Below are positions 37,996-48,903 of a DNA stretch of 48,903 bases, one piece after another. The first letter of the stretch is position 1, and each line of letters begins with the position of its first letter. The position numbers and the translations under genes are program-made. The notes below the pieces were generated by a model. The model had not been told where the DNA came from. It did no database searches and saw only the letters and a program-made list of their open reading frames with translations. Origin of the DNA: Acanthaster planci (lineage: Eukaryota). The stretch lies in the NCBI RefSeq assembly GCF_001949145.1, contig NW_019091360.1:4358159-4407061 (forward strand). Reading direction: 5' to 3'.

Positions 37996-38286
37996 AATAA
38001 AGTCTTGATAAATGTCATGACACATTCTTTTGTAATAAAATAACTTTTTGAATGTAGCTTTTCAAGGCTGATTAATACTGAGTAGAGAATCAGAAAGAAT
38101 TAAATTCAAAAGTCCTTTTTCATGTATAGTGTTAGTGACAGTGCTATTTTAAAGTGAGTACATGTAATTGATATTATTCCCATTTCTTTTTTTTGTAAGA
38201 CCCTTTTTGTTTAAACTTATTTTAATCCTGTCTTTTTAAGTTTGTGCGTAAAACTGATTCAGCTAGCATGTGATGTGAATAATAAA
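37996..38286 (+). terminator. Candidate CDC6 polyadenylation signals
   Basis: AATAAA at 37996, 38034 and 38281, about 0.85-1.1 kb after the stop; which one is used is unknown. Confidence 0.4.
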
Positions 38287-38859
38287 ATAGCTTTTCAGTG
38301 AATGATGATGAACAGATACAGCAAACAGAATACATGTAATTTCTTTGAAGTATAGTCCTGTATTGCTAGCTACTCAGCTCTCAAAGTAATCTCAGTATTC
38401 GATCAAGGAGTGTTGCTTCATTTTATTATTTTTTTAATTTAGATATCAGGATGAGAAAACAAAGCCAGTCAAAAACAAGGCCAGTCAGAAACGAGGCCAG
38501 TTGGTTTGTTTCGAGCAAAGATTTTGGATATAACTCGCCAAGTTCGCTGAATATGTAATACCAAACGTGCATGTAGGGCAGTAGATCAGTGCAGCATGGT
38601 ATTACGCGAGTTTTGTTGACGCGACTAGGATAGACAGCGCCCTCAATATGTCATCATTTCACCTCAACGCTTATTTTCTACCATGCAAAGTACATTTATT
38701 AAGTTAAACGACAGATATGTAATAAACTGCAAGAATAGTAATTACAGCACAAACGGAAAGGGGAATTATTGTCACAAAAATTGGAGAAAAGGTGTTCAGC
38801 TGTCTGAAATAGGCCTAACTTCGTAGGCCTAAGTTGACACCTGGTTCTTTTTGCTTATT

Positions 38860-39077
38860 ACAGCTGGGCAAAATAATGTGTAGCTTGACTTGTACTTATG
38901 GACCGTGAAAGAGACTTGTGACTTGACTCGTGTTTAGACGAAATGATTTGTGATTTGAGTTGACTTGCCCTGTGACCAAATGACTTGTGACTGAACCTAT
39001 ATAATGACTTTTGACTTGACTTGGACTTGCATATAATGACTTGACTAGTTGCAAAAACTGGCTTGCTGCTACCTCTG
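38860..39077. repeat. GACTT(G)-rich subterminal-type repeat, probably DNA-transposon (hAT-like) derived
   Basis: Many interspersed TGACTT/GACTTG motifs; no clear TSD found. Confidence 0.45.
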
Positions 39078-39780
39078 TCATTTTCCATATCAAAGCTAAA
39101 TGTTCCTTTTTAAATAGAAAAGAGTTCAGCCCAGCTTTCCAAAGTTTACTTTGAAAGAAGACGTAGGCCTACATGGATGCGGCCAAGGTCTATGCAACAA
39201 CAAGTTGTACATTCCTGGCGTTCGAGCGGCCGACCAGTAGTGAACACAATCGAGCTGTTCGTGAACATAATACGAGAACAAGGCCGCGTTTCAATACTCA
39301 ATTCGGCTCCGTCTCAGGCTTCAACTGTTTTTTAAATAGCTGACGGTTGAAGCTGTAAGCGCAGTAATTAGTTTAGTAGTGCCCCAAATCATCAAATAAG
39401 ATGCAAGAGAGCCAGGAATTACGGTAATCCAATTTAATTTAAACGCTTCATGCCCACAATCGGGGATTGGTTTTCGGAACGAAGCCTGTGACGGAGCCCA
39501 AGTCGAGTGTTGGAAAAGGGCCCAAGTGCGTGCAGCTACCCGAACTCAGATTTTTTTGGCGCGAGTTGCTAGCCTAGCGCCCTCTTGCTACTTTTTTCCG
39601 AGCAGAGGGTTGACTTGTACCTGGACGTTCGCTTTACTGACGTTCACGTTCACTAAGCGCATGCGTACTAAATTTTAAAAAAGCCAGACCACACGAGGAG
39701 CTTTCTCAGGCGGTAAGTTTTTCATCACCAAAATGCTGTTCTCGCTCTCTTAATGACCCCAGGAATACTATATATTTGCG

Positions 39781-40108
39781 TCTCCTCATTCTGGGTACAT
39801 TGTAGAATGCGAAACGTGTTAAGTGTATCATGCAAGATGAGTCTCATCCGGCTAATGACTACTTCAAGTTCATGCATGTAGGTAGATTCTACCTTCATGC
39901 TTCATGTTCCTTCCAATCAATGTCTCGGAACATTTCGTGGTAGCAAGCGTTTTACAGAGAGTTATTATCCCTCTGCAGTTCGTGCTTACAATTTGTTTTA
40001 ATTGTAATCTTCCCTGTGTATTTGGTAAGTTATGCAGTAATGTGTATTTTTAGGGCAATTTCCAATGTTTTTAACCTTTTTCATTGGCTGAATAAATATT
40101 TTATCTTA
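39781..40108 (+). mobile_element. Rex/Babar-like LINE 3' end
   Basis: KCIMQDESHPANDYF...PSNQCLGTFRGSKRFTESYYPSAVRAYNLF* resembles the IxxDxxHP...LPS...RFxxSFxPxAxRxxN C-terminus of this clade; ends AATAAATATTTTATCTT. Confidence 0.7.
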
Positions 40109-40228
40109 GGGCTTGTGCACAGGGTTTATTCAACTTCATTATTTCAACTGTTAGGAATTGTATGGTGGAATCTTGCTGTCACTTTTGAAACTTAAAAGTG
40201 GATGATTCCAACCCGTTACACAAACAGT

Positions 40229-40498
40229 CAGTGGTATAGCCAAGGCATTTTATTGGGGCCCCGGGGGGTTGCCAGAGTCAATTTGCTGACAAGTAACTTG
40301 TTTGCCAACCTGATGTCATGTAAAATGGAAATCCATGGAATGCTACAAAATTTTATGCTTCAGGGGAAATCCGATGGCCAATGTATGTACATTTATATCA
40401 TTTATGTATCATTATGGATTCATTTGCCGATGAAGCATTGCTGACTGGAATTAATTGGGGGGGGTGGAGCTGCACCCCCTCCCCCATTTGCTACGACA
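40229..40498. mobile_element. hAT-type MITE
   Basis: CAGTGGTATAGC...GCTACGACA (right tip eroded); 8-bp flanks CAAACAGT / CACACAGT. Confidence 0.55.
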
Positions 40499-40677
40499 CA
40501 CACAGTCAATCTCACAGTGTTTCTTGTATTCATCTTCACAAAAAAGACAAATGACAGTTCATAAAAGGTAGGTATTTCTTTATTTCTAAAGGAAGGTACC
40601 ACCACAGGATGCAACACCTTTGCGCAGCAAGCTATATACAACCCTCGAATCCCGTTCTATGCACCACATGGATTATT

Positions 40678-40717
40678 CTCATGAGGACAACCAGATCATC
40701 CTGGCCGAAACGTTGAG
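40678..40717 (+). other. Decayed minimal hammerhead-ribozyme motif (Penelope/retrozyme type)
   Basis: CTC-ATGAGGA-caaCCAG atcatc CTGGcc-GAAAC-GTT-GAG: stem I, core with C3>A, stem II, GAAA, NUH, stem I'. Confidence 0.45.
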
Positions 40718-40724
40718 TTGACAC

Positions 40725-41260
40725 CAGTGTCATAGGTCTCGAGACCGGGTCTCGTTATCGAGACCATCTCAAGACCTTTTTTTGTGGATGTGGTCTTGGT
40801 CGCGTCCTATCCAAGTTGCGGTCTCGCAAGGGTTGGTCTCGGTGTCAAGTGTTGGTTTTGGTCTCGTATTTCAAAATCTCGGGTTTCCCCCCTCGAGACT
40901 ACAGCAAAATGTGCATCTGTAGCTACCACTCATGAATGCACTTTCCAGCTGCTATATATTTCAGTTGAAACTAAGTGAAAATAGGCTTGGGAGTTCATGG
41001 TTGTAGGCCGATGTGTAATTCAACCATACACCTGCTTAATGGTATTGAAATAACAGAAGTCTGCCGCTCATTACAACTACATTGTATTTCCCAGAGGTAG
41101 TACATGTATATAATTTTGAAGTTTGGTCTCAGTTTGGAAGTCCAGGTCTCAGTCTCGATCTTCAGTAGTCTTGGTCTGGGTCTTGAAGGAGTGTGTCTCG
41201 GTCTTGCTCTTGGTCTTGAATGCCTTGGTCTTGGACATTAAGGTCTCGGCTACAACACTG
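40725..41260. mobile_element. hAT-type MITE with GGTCTC/GAGACC subterminal repeats
   Basis: CAGTGTCATAG...CTACAACACTG TIR; 8-bp TSD GTTGACAC (40717-40724) / GTTAACAC (41261-41268). Confidence 0.85.
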
Positions 41261-43096
41261 GTTAACACTCACCAGTTCTCCAAAGAACCACACCTCTTCC
41301 AAAAGAGATTGATTCCATTGTGTACCACAAGCCAGCATCTCAAGGTGCGTGTACATACATGTATAAATTTCTTTTCATCAAAGTTGCTGTTATTTTATTA
41401 GTAGACTGCAAAATTTATCACAAAGTGAACAATCTTGTTTCCTTTAGACATGTTAAAAGCAAATTTCCATTCTTTCTGTCTTCATTCACAAAAAGTGATT
41501 TAAAGGCCATTGTACCTGGAGAAACCATTTCTCTTAATGATAATAGAGACTCCACCTCCGCTCACATATAGTGCCTGCACCAATTTTCTGAGCCATCATT
41601 GAGGAAAAAAATGAACTCCTAACAAATCTTGTATACCAAGGTAAAAAGCAAGATTTGAACAAGACAGGTTAGTTTAAAGGAGGGTCATCAAGCAATCTTT
41701 ATTCTGAGTGGGAAATGCGATCACTACCATAGTAACAGAGTAATCCATCCTCGTGTTGAAGTTCTTACTTTTTTATCTAATAACATTTGGAGAAAATATT
41801 TGGCCTGGGGTGCTTTATTTTAATGTTCGATTAAAATGGAGGATGGAATTAACATTTGAAGTGGCAAGATTTATGGCAAGTTTAAGAAAAACTTTGGCTG
41901 CAGCCTTCCAGAGATTGCTAACACTAACAACAGACTGGCTGTGTAAAAGGACAAATGGAGTGTATTCAGACATATCAAACTGGAGCCTATCAAACTGGGT
42001 TGCCTCAATATAACGGAGGGTAACCTGAATGGAGGGTAATGCTGAAGGAATGTAACTCTCCTGGAAAATAGCCTTAAGTTGATGATACCAACCCAAGTGG
42101 ATTTTTTTTAGTTTACAATTACATTTGATTCATAAGTTGGCCTGGCAATTAATATGTTTTAATATGTATAAATATTATCACCTTTCACCATGTACATGTA
42201 TAAATCTCTGCAAAATAAACAAAGGGATTTTCACTCCTCGGTAAATTTTATTGGCTGTGATTTCAACGCCCATAAAAAATGCTGACGTTTAAGACTTAAT
42301 TAACTCAAATTAAAGTTGAAAGATGAGCAAGGTCATCATTTTTCCAGATATCAGCCATGACTTTCCTCATTTTATCAGACAGTGGTAATTAATTCACTGC
42401 TGCTCACTTCTGGAGAAATAAACCCCCAAAGATGAACATTATCTAATGGTCCATGTTTTGAGGAGCCTGCCATATCAAAATTGCAGCTTGCATAAGTAAT
42501 CATGTGGACTGGGATCAAAACACAATATCTTTTGTTTCGTTATTTGTATCAAGAAGAAGTCCTGGGAGAGTTCTCTGGATTTTGAAACATCGAAGACATT
42601 TTACTGGCAACGTTACACTCCTCAATTGGTAAGGAAACAGTTTATATTATGCTCTGATTTTAGCTTGATAATAAAAAGGTGTGTTCAAGATTTATATATA
42701 TTCTTATGCATGTACAGTTCTGTAAAATCTGAACATGGCTTTTATCGTACTTATCTGTGAATGAAGGCAAAAGTTTTGGCCAGTCTTACTTGCTATTAAT
42801 GGGTAACTAAGTTTTCCCATTTTACACATGCTCATTAGTCTGTCATCAAGTAATCTTCATGTCATATTTCCAATTTGAGAGTAATATATCCGTTGTAATA
42901 TGTGAGAGTAATATGTACATTATATGTGTATATGAGATTTGATAATCGGAGAATGATCCAAACTGGACTTGGTGTCACCAGAAAGGGTTCATGTTTCTCT
43001 ATCCATATTTCCAATTGGAGGAAAAAATCCAGGGATGAAGGCGATCGATAGTTTAAATTTGTGTCCGTGTTGTGTCCTATATTTTTTTTCTCCTCA

Positions 43097-43804
43097 ATGG
43101 TACACATAGTAGTTAGACTGTTTTTGAAGGAAAGTTGAGTGATTGAGTATGAGACTAAATAATCTAAAATTGATCTGAATGGGCTAAATAATCTAAATAG
43201 ATCTGAATGGGCTGACACATGGTAGCTGGACTCTTTTTGAAGCAAAGTTGGGTCATTGAATATGAGACTAATAATCTAACATTGATCCGGATGGGCTGAC
43301 ACATGGTAGTTGGACTGTATTTGAAGCAAAGTTGGGTCATTGAGTATGAGACTAAATAATCTAAAATAGATCTGAATGGGCTGACACATGGTAGCTGGAC
43401 TCTTTTTGAAGCAAAGTTGGGTCATTGAATATGAGACTAATAATCTAAAATAGATCCGAATAGGCTGACACATGATAGCTGGACTCTTTTTGAAGCAAAG
43501 TTGGGTCATTGAGTATGAGACAAAATAATCTAACATTGATCCAAATGGGCTGACACGTGGTAGTTGGACAGTTTTTAAAGCAAAGTTGGGTCATTGAGTA
43601 TGAGACTAAATAATCTAAAATAGATCTGAATGGGCTGACACATGGTAGTTGGACTGTATTTGAAGCAAAGTTGGGTCATTGAGTATGAGACTAAATTATC
43701 TAAAATTGTTCTGAATGGGCTGACACATGGTAGTTGGACTGTATTTGAAGCAAAGTTGGGTCATTGAGTATGAGACTAAATAAAATCTAAAATTGATCCA
43801 AATG
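43097..43804. repeat. Tandem array, 84-85-bp unit, about 8 copies
   Basis: GGGCTGACACATGGTAGTTGGACTGTATTTGAAGCAAAGTTGGGTCATTGAGTATGAGACTAAATAATCTAAAATAGATCTGAAT; starts at 43209, 43293, 43378, 43462, 43547, 43632, 43717 plus a degenerate first unit. Confidence 0.95.
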
Positions 43805-44607
43805 TGATCGAACCAAATCCTGTCATGTGCTGGATTGCTGCATCCAATCAAAATCAGTTTTGCACGGCCATGTACGACCTCATTGGCTTAATATGGAACA
43901 TAAGGGCATAGCTTTTCGGAGATTGGCAAACATAACTTTAAATCAGAATATACATAAGCACAATTGGATGTACTTAGAATTTAAAATTGTTCTGCAGCGG
44001 AAATGCCGTACTTTGCATGGTCTCTGTTGATTATTAGTGAATTTCCCACCATGTGCTTTTTACAACCATCGCGTGATGTGGAGCCACCATAAGTTTACTG
44101 TACATGTACAGTGTACGTTTACAATACATTGTGTTCCTGTACATACAGGCTTCTTGGTGCACATGTATGTGCAGAGCGCTAGAGCTGGGGCGGTATAACT
44201 TGTTATCCATTTTTCTTTATGTTTGCTTCTTTATCGATTTTTTTGCATGCATGGCTTTTTGGCTGCAGCACTATGGATGAGCCCCCTGAACTTTTGAGAA
44301 CTGAAGTGGTTGAAATGACCCTTCAACACTGGACCAATGTCACCCACTTGAAATTTGAAAGTATGAAGTTTGAATTTGAAGTCGAGTGGGACTGGCAAGT
44401 TATGGGGGGAGACTTATGTTGTTTGGTGTAGGGGAGCAAAGAATGCAGGGATTTTGATACCTGAGATTTGCCATGTGAGCAGGATGTTTTCTTTTTGTTG
44501 GTTTTCAACTGTATTTTATGATGTTTTTCTTTTTTCATGTTTTTACACAATACATTCCATTTGATGTTTAGGGGTTAAATGTCATTTGCTAGTGTGAATA
44601 ATTTCTG

Positions 44608-44840
44608 TTCATTAATTTAATGTATGTTTTTGTGTCAGATTTATTTTCGTGAATTTAATGTATGTTTTGTGTCAGATTTATTTATTTTCATTAATTTAAT
44701 GTATTTTTTGGTCAGATTTATTTCAGTTTCGTTAATGTATTTTTGTGTAAAATGTATTTTCTTTCTGTTAACTTTATTTTTTGTGTTAGATTTATTTTAT
44801 TTTTGTTAATTTAATGCCTTTCTGTGTTTGATTTATTTAT
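44608..44840. repeat. Degenerate T-rich ~40-bp tandem repeat, about 6 copies
   Basis: TTCATTAATTTAATGTATGTTTTTGTGTCAGATTTATT recurring with decay. Confidence 0.7.
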
Positions 44841-45432
44841 TTGCCATTTCATGAACCAATTCTTCCTTTTGCAATTACTTATTGTATATGTGTGTGGAAG
44901 ACCTATTGGTGGCAGTTATTGAATGAACTATTTCCTTTCCTGGCATTTGTAATGTTTCTGTTCATGATTTCAGTGTATGTGTTATGCTTTGTCCAATGTC
45001 GCTTTATGCTTTATCTTGGAAAATGCCAAATAAATAATAGTATTTCCTCCATTATACATGTTAGTTAGTCTCTTTTTTTCAGAAAAGTGGAGTTTCTATT
45101 TTCAAGTTTAAATACTGTAGGTAGGCAGTTGATCTGAATGGGCCAATCTTGGTGTAATTGGAAAGGGTCCATATTTTTATATCCTTTCGTGAAAATTTGA
45201 TTTCAATAGTTGCAAACATAAAACAAATTTAGCTTCCTATTTTGTTCAGTTCTGCATTATACACATCAGATGCTCTGCCTCAGCCACTACGTATATGTTG
45301 TGTCTCTGTATATATCTGAAGCTAAATAGTCTCAAAATGGTCAAAATGGGCTGATCTTGGTGTCATTGGTAAGATATAAGTTTATCTAATCAACTGAAAA
45401 ATCTTATTCCTATTTTTCCAAATAGAAGAGAC

Positions 45433-45570
45433 ATATCCCTGATTAAAAGTAGAGAGGCTTCCTATTTTGTTCATTGCCAGATTGTACACAAGGCAGTTGT
45501 TATATCCCTGATTAAAAGTAGAGAGGCTTCCTATTTTGTTCATTGCCAGATTGTACACAAGGCAGTTGTT
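45433..45570. repeat. Perfect 69-bp tandem duplication
   Basis: 45433-45501 is repeated at 45502-45570. Confidence 0.9.
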
Positions 45571-46092
45571 CTGCCTTTGCCGCTATGTTGTGTCTCTGTA
45601 GCCGACATAAAATATTATGAAACAGTCAAAATGGGTTGATTTTGGTGGTCACTGGAAAGAGTATATGTTTCTCTATTCATTGATGTAAGTTTCCTGTCCA
45701 AATTTGAGCTGTAGTTAGGGAAATGTCTGTGAAAGAAGGGAAATATCTGTGAAAGAGGGCAAGAGTTTTTGACCTACCTGCAGTTCCCCCTTTGTCCACA
45801 CTTTGCCCGTGCTCTTTCCATGAAAAGATGGCTCCATGTTTTTGAGCATAAAAGGGGCAAAAACTTTCCAAATCGGGCTACCTTGGAAGCATCTGAAAAG
45901 GTAAATATTCCTCTATCTATTGATGTAAGTTTCATATTCCTTTTTGCTGTGTTTTGGGAAATATCTACAAAAAAGGGAAGAATTTTTGTGCTACTGCTTG
46001 CTATTTTTATGCAAGTTTATCTTTGTCCACGCTTTGACTTTACTGGTCTTCTTCCTGTGAAAACATAAAAGGTCTACAAATTATCCAAATAA

Positions 46093-47783
46093 TTTCCCAC
46101 TAAAGTGATATATCGTCCTGTATCTAATCACACACCCATCTGCTATAGACAGGCCTTCTGCATTTCCTATTAAAGTGATATATGGTCCTGCATCTATTCC
46201 CACGCCCAACTACTATAAATGAGCCTTTGCATTTTCAATTTAAGTTATATATGGTCCTATATCTAGTCACACACCCGTCTGCTATTGATAGGTCTTTTGC
46301 ATTTCCCAGGAAAGTGATATATGGTCCTGTATCTAGTCACACACCCATTTGCTGTACACAGGTCTTCTGCCTTTCCCACTTAAGTGATATACGGTTCTCT
46401 ATTTAGTCACACACCCATCTGCTATTGGAAGGCCTTGTGCATTGCTCAACTAAAGTGATATATGGTCCTGTATCTAGTCACACACTCATCTGCTATTTAC
46501 AAGTCTTCTGAATTCCCCGTTAAATTTATATATGGTCCTGTATCTAGTCAAATACCCATCTGCTATTGACAGATCTTCTGCATTTCCCACTAAAGTTAAA
46601 TATGGTCCCATATCTAGTCACACACCCATCTCCTATTGGCAGGTCTTTTGCGTTTTTCAAATAAAGTGATATATGTTCATGTATCTAGTCACCCATCGAA
46701 CTGCTATTGACAGGTCTTCTGTATTTCCCACTAAAGTGATATATGGTCCTGTATCTAATCACACACCCATCTCCTTTTGGGAGGTCTTTTGCATTTTTGA
46801 AATAAAGTGATATATGGTGCTGTATCTAGTCACACATCCAACTGGTCTTGACAGGTCTTCTTCATTTCTCAACTAAAGTGATATATGGTCCTGTATCTAG
46901 TCATTCACCCACCTGCTATTGACAGGTCTTCTGTATTTCCCACTAAAGTGATATATGGTCCTGTATCTAGTCACACAACCATCTGCTAATGACAGGTCTT
47001 CTGCATTTGTCCACTAAGTGATATATGGTTCTGTATCTTGTCACACACCCATCTGCCATTGACAGGTCTTCTGCATTTGTCCACTAAGTGATATATGGTC
47101 CTGTATCTAGTCACACAGCCATCTGCCATTGAAAGGACTTTTGCATTTCTCAACTAAAGCGATATACGGTCCTGTATCTTGTCACACAACCATCTGCTAT
47201 TGACAGTTCTTCTGCATTTCCCACAAAAGTAATATATTGTCCTGGATCTAGTCAATCAGGTCTTGTGCATTTCTCAACTAAAGCGATATATGGTCCTGTA
47301 TCTAGTCACACACCCATCTGCTTTTGACATGTCTCCTGCATATCTCAACTAAATTGATATATGGTCCTCTATCTTGTCACACACCAATCTACTTTTGAAA
47401 GGTCTTCTGCTTTTCTCCACTGAAGTGATATACGGTCCTGTATCTAGTCACACACCCATCTGCCATTGACAGGTCTTCTGCATTTGTCCACTAAGCGATA
47501 TATGGTCATGTATCTTGTCACCTTACCCATCTGCTATGAACGGGTTTCATGCATATCCCACAGAAGTGATATATGGTCCTGTATCTAGTCACAGAGCCAT
47601 CTGCTATTGACAGGTCTTCTGCATTATTTAACTAAAGTGATATGGTTCTGTGTCTAGTCACATACTCATCTGCTATGAACAGGTTTTATGCATATCCCAC
47701 TGAAATGATATATGGTCCTGTATCTAGTCACAGAGCCATCTGCTATTGATAGGTCTTCCGCATTTCTCCTTTAAACTGATATG
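46093..47783. repeat. Satellite array, ~70-bp unit, about 24 copies
   Basis: AAAGTGATATATGGTCCTGTATCTAGTCACACACCCATCTGCTATTGACAGGTCTTCTGCATTTCCCACT; 70-bp period (46101, 46171, 46241...). Confidence 0.96.
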
Positions 47784-48903
47784 TGACCCACCATCCCAAA
47801 ACCTGGCTGAACATTTCTATTGTGTTACTTTGTGTTATACAAGAAATTTTGTGTCCATTTCATGCAGAGCAAAAACGTGCAGAGCATGAACCACAGGTGA
47901 ACCACTGCTTTTATGGGACATCTGGCTTCTTGGCAGTTTGTCATTTTTTTGTGCATGCCAGTTGTTGTTGAGCTAGTAGCGGTTTGGCACCTGTGTCCTC
48001 CTCTACTCCATTACAAGTTGTACATATTGTACATTTTGTCCACATCAATAGAGCAGTAAGGCACCTACTTTCCTCCATTCATCTTGAGAGTCCACTGCAG
48101 GCTCTCTTTGCCTCCTGAGCCAGAGTTACGGTGAAACTATGTGTTTACCATCCACCATGCTGGACTCTTTGCTCACGTACAGTGCACAACTTATGAACAG
48201 GCTTTTAACTGCAGCAAAGGATACACCGTCAATACTTGAAAGACTCGAAAAGAAAGAGCTGTTCCAGCTTTTGCCAAAACAGCTAAAAAAATCAGAAAAC
48301 CAATACCTGTTTCGTGAGTTGCCGAAACAGCTAATTATAACATCTTTGCTCGTTATTTATCCTATCCAAGTGTTCCGGAAGCGCACCATCAGGGGTCAAC
48401 TTTCAGGCGCTGTTATAGGTAGACTTGTCTCTTTTTGCCCAACAGTTTTAGAAAGTGGTTTTGTTTACCCATGCAGTGTTATGCTCTTTAAGTTGCCCAC
48501 CAGTCCAGCGATTCACCTGTTATTCTGCATAGGGCAAAAGCATGCTTAATAATTTCGGGAAAGGACTGATTAAAAATGTAGCATATCAAACCCTAAAAGA
48601 AAACCGCTTCTGGTCATTGTCTTGAATGTCGACCTGATCCGACACCCCCCCCACACATACACACAAAACTGTCAAAAGGCTAACCCGTTCCTTTGGAGCG
48701 CTGGGCGGCATTATTTCCGCCCTACATTGTATGTACATGTATTTTGTAATGGGGGGGATTTACTGTCGGACAGTGAGTGTGACCCAACTTGCAAAAATGC
48801 ACAGTTGCATTCGATGTCCCTCTCTACGAGTACCCAAGGAGCCAATAAGGGGACAGGCACAATGAAGATTTTTTAAATTCCTTTCCCTCGAATTATTATT
48901 TCA

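Noticed and set aside
41400..42096. Minus-strand coding-like remnant (93-aa ORF and neighbouring frames)
   Set aside because: Multiple stops, no recognisable motif and no splice framework.
46093..47783. 70-bp periodic array as CRISPR or a repeat-protein gene
   Set aside because: The whole unit is repeated with scattered substitutions, there are no spacers, the period is not a multiple of 3, and there is no long ORF.
47783..48549. 136-aa + strand ORF and Cys-rich minus-strand fragments
   Set aside because: No recognisable domain or splice support; probably decayed TE sequence.

Overview
Eukaryotic (metazoan, probably marine invertebrate) genomic DNA, AT-rich, with a 575-N scaffold gap at 16401-16975. 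The six-frame ORF track is mostly noise because the real genes are spliced. Two + strand genes can be rebuilt by hand from GT-AG boundaries with consistent phases. (1) The 3' five coding exons of an R-Ras/TC21-family GTPase, join(806..893,6046..6148,7711..7819,8911..9029,11550..11631); its P-loop exon lies upstream of the window. (2) A complete CDC6 gene: an E2F/ETS promoter and non-coding first exon near 17.2-17.36 kb, then 11 coding exons 19327..37147 giving 636 aa. Introns and the downstream region are packed with decayed mobile DNA: a Gypsy gag-protease remnant, L2 and Rex/Babar LINE 3' ends, hAT/Kolobok/TA-target MITEs, tRNA-derived elements, a Penelope-type remnant with a decayed hammerhead motif, and several tandem arrays. 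I found no convincing novel multi-gene system. The most interesting signals are internal evidence that the ubiquitous TACATGTA-type motifs are 6-nt TA-anchored insertions (probable transposon excision footprints), the hammerhead remnant, a head-to-head tRNA-SINE palindrome, inverted MITEs flanking a Ras exon, and a decoy splice acceptor. All gene and family assignments come from motif recognition, not database searches.
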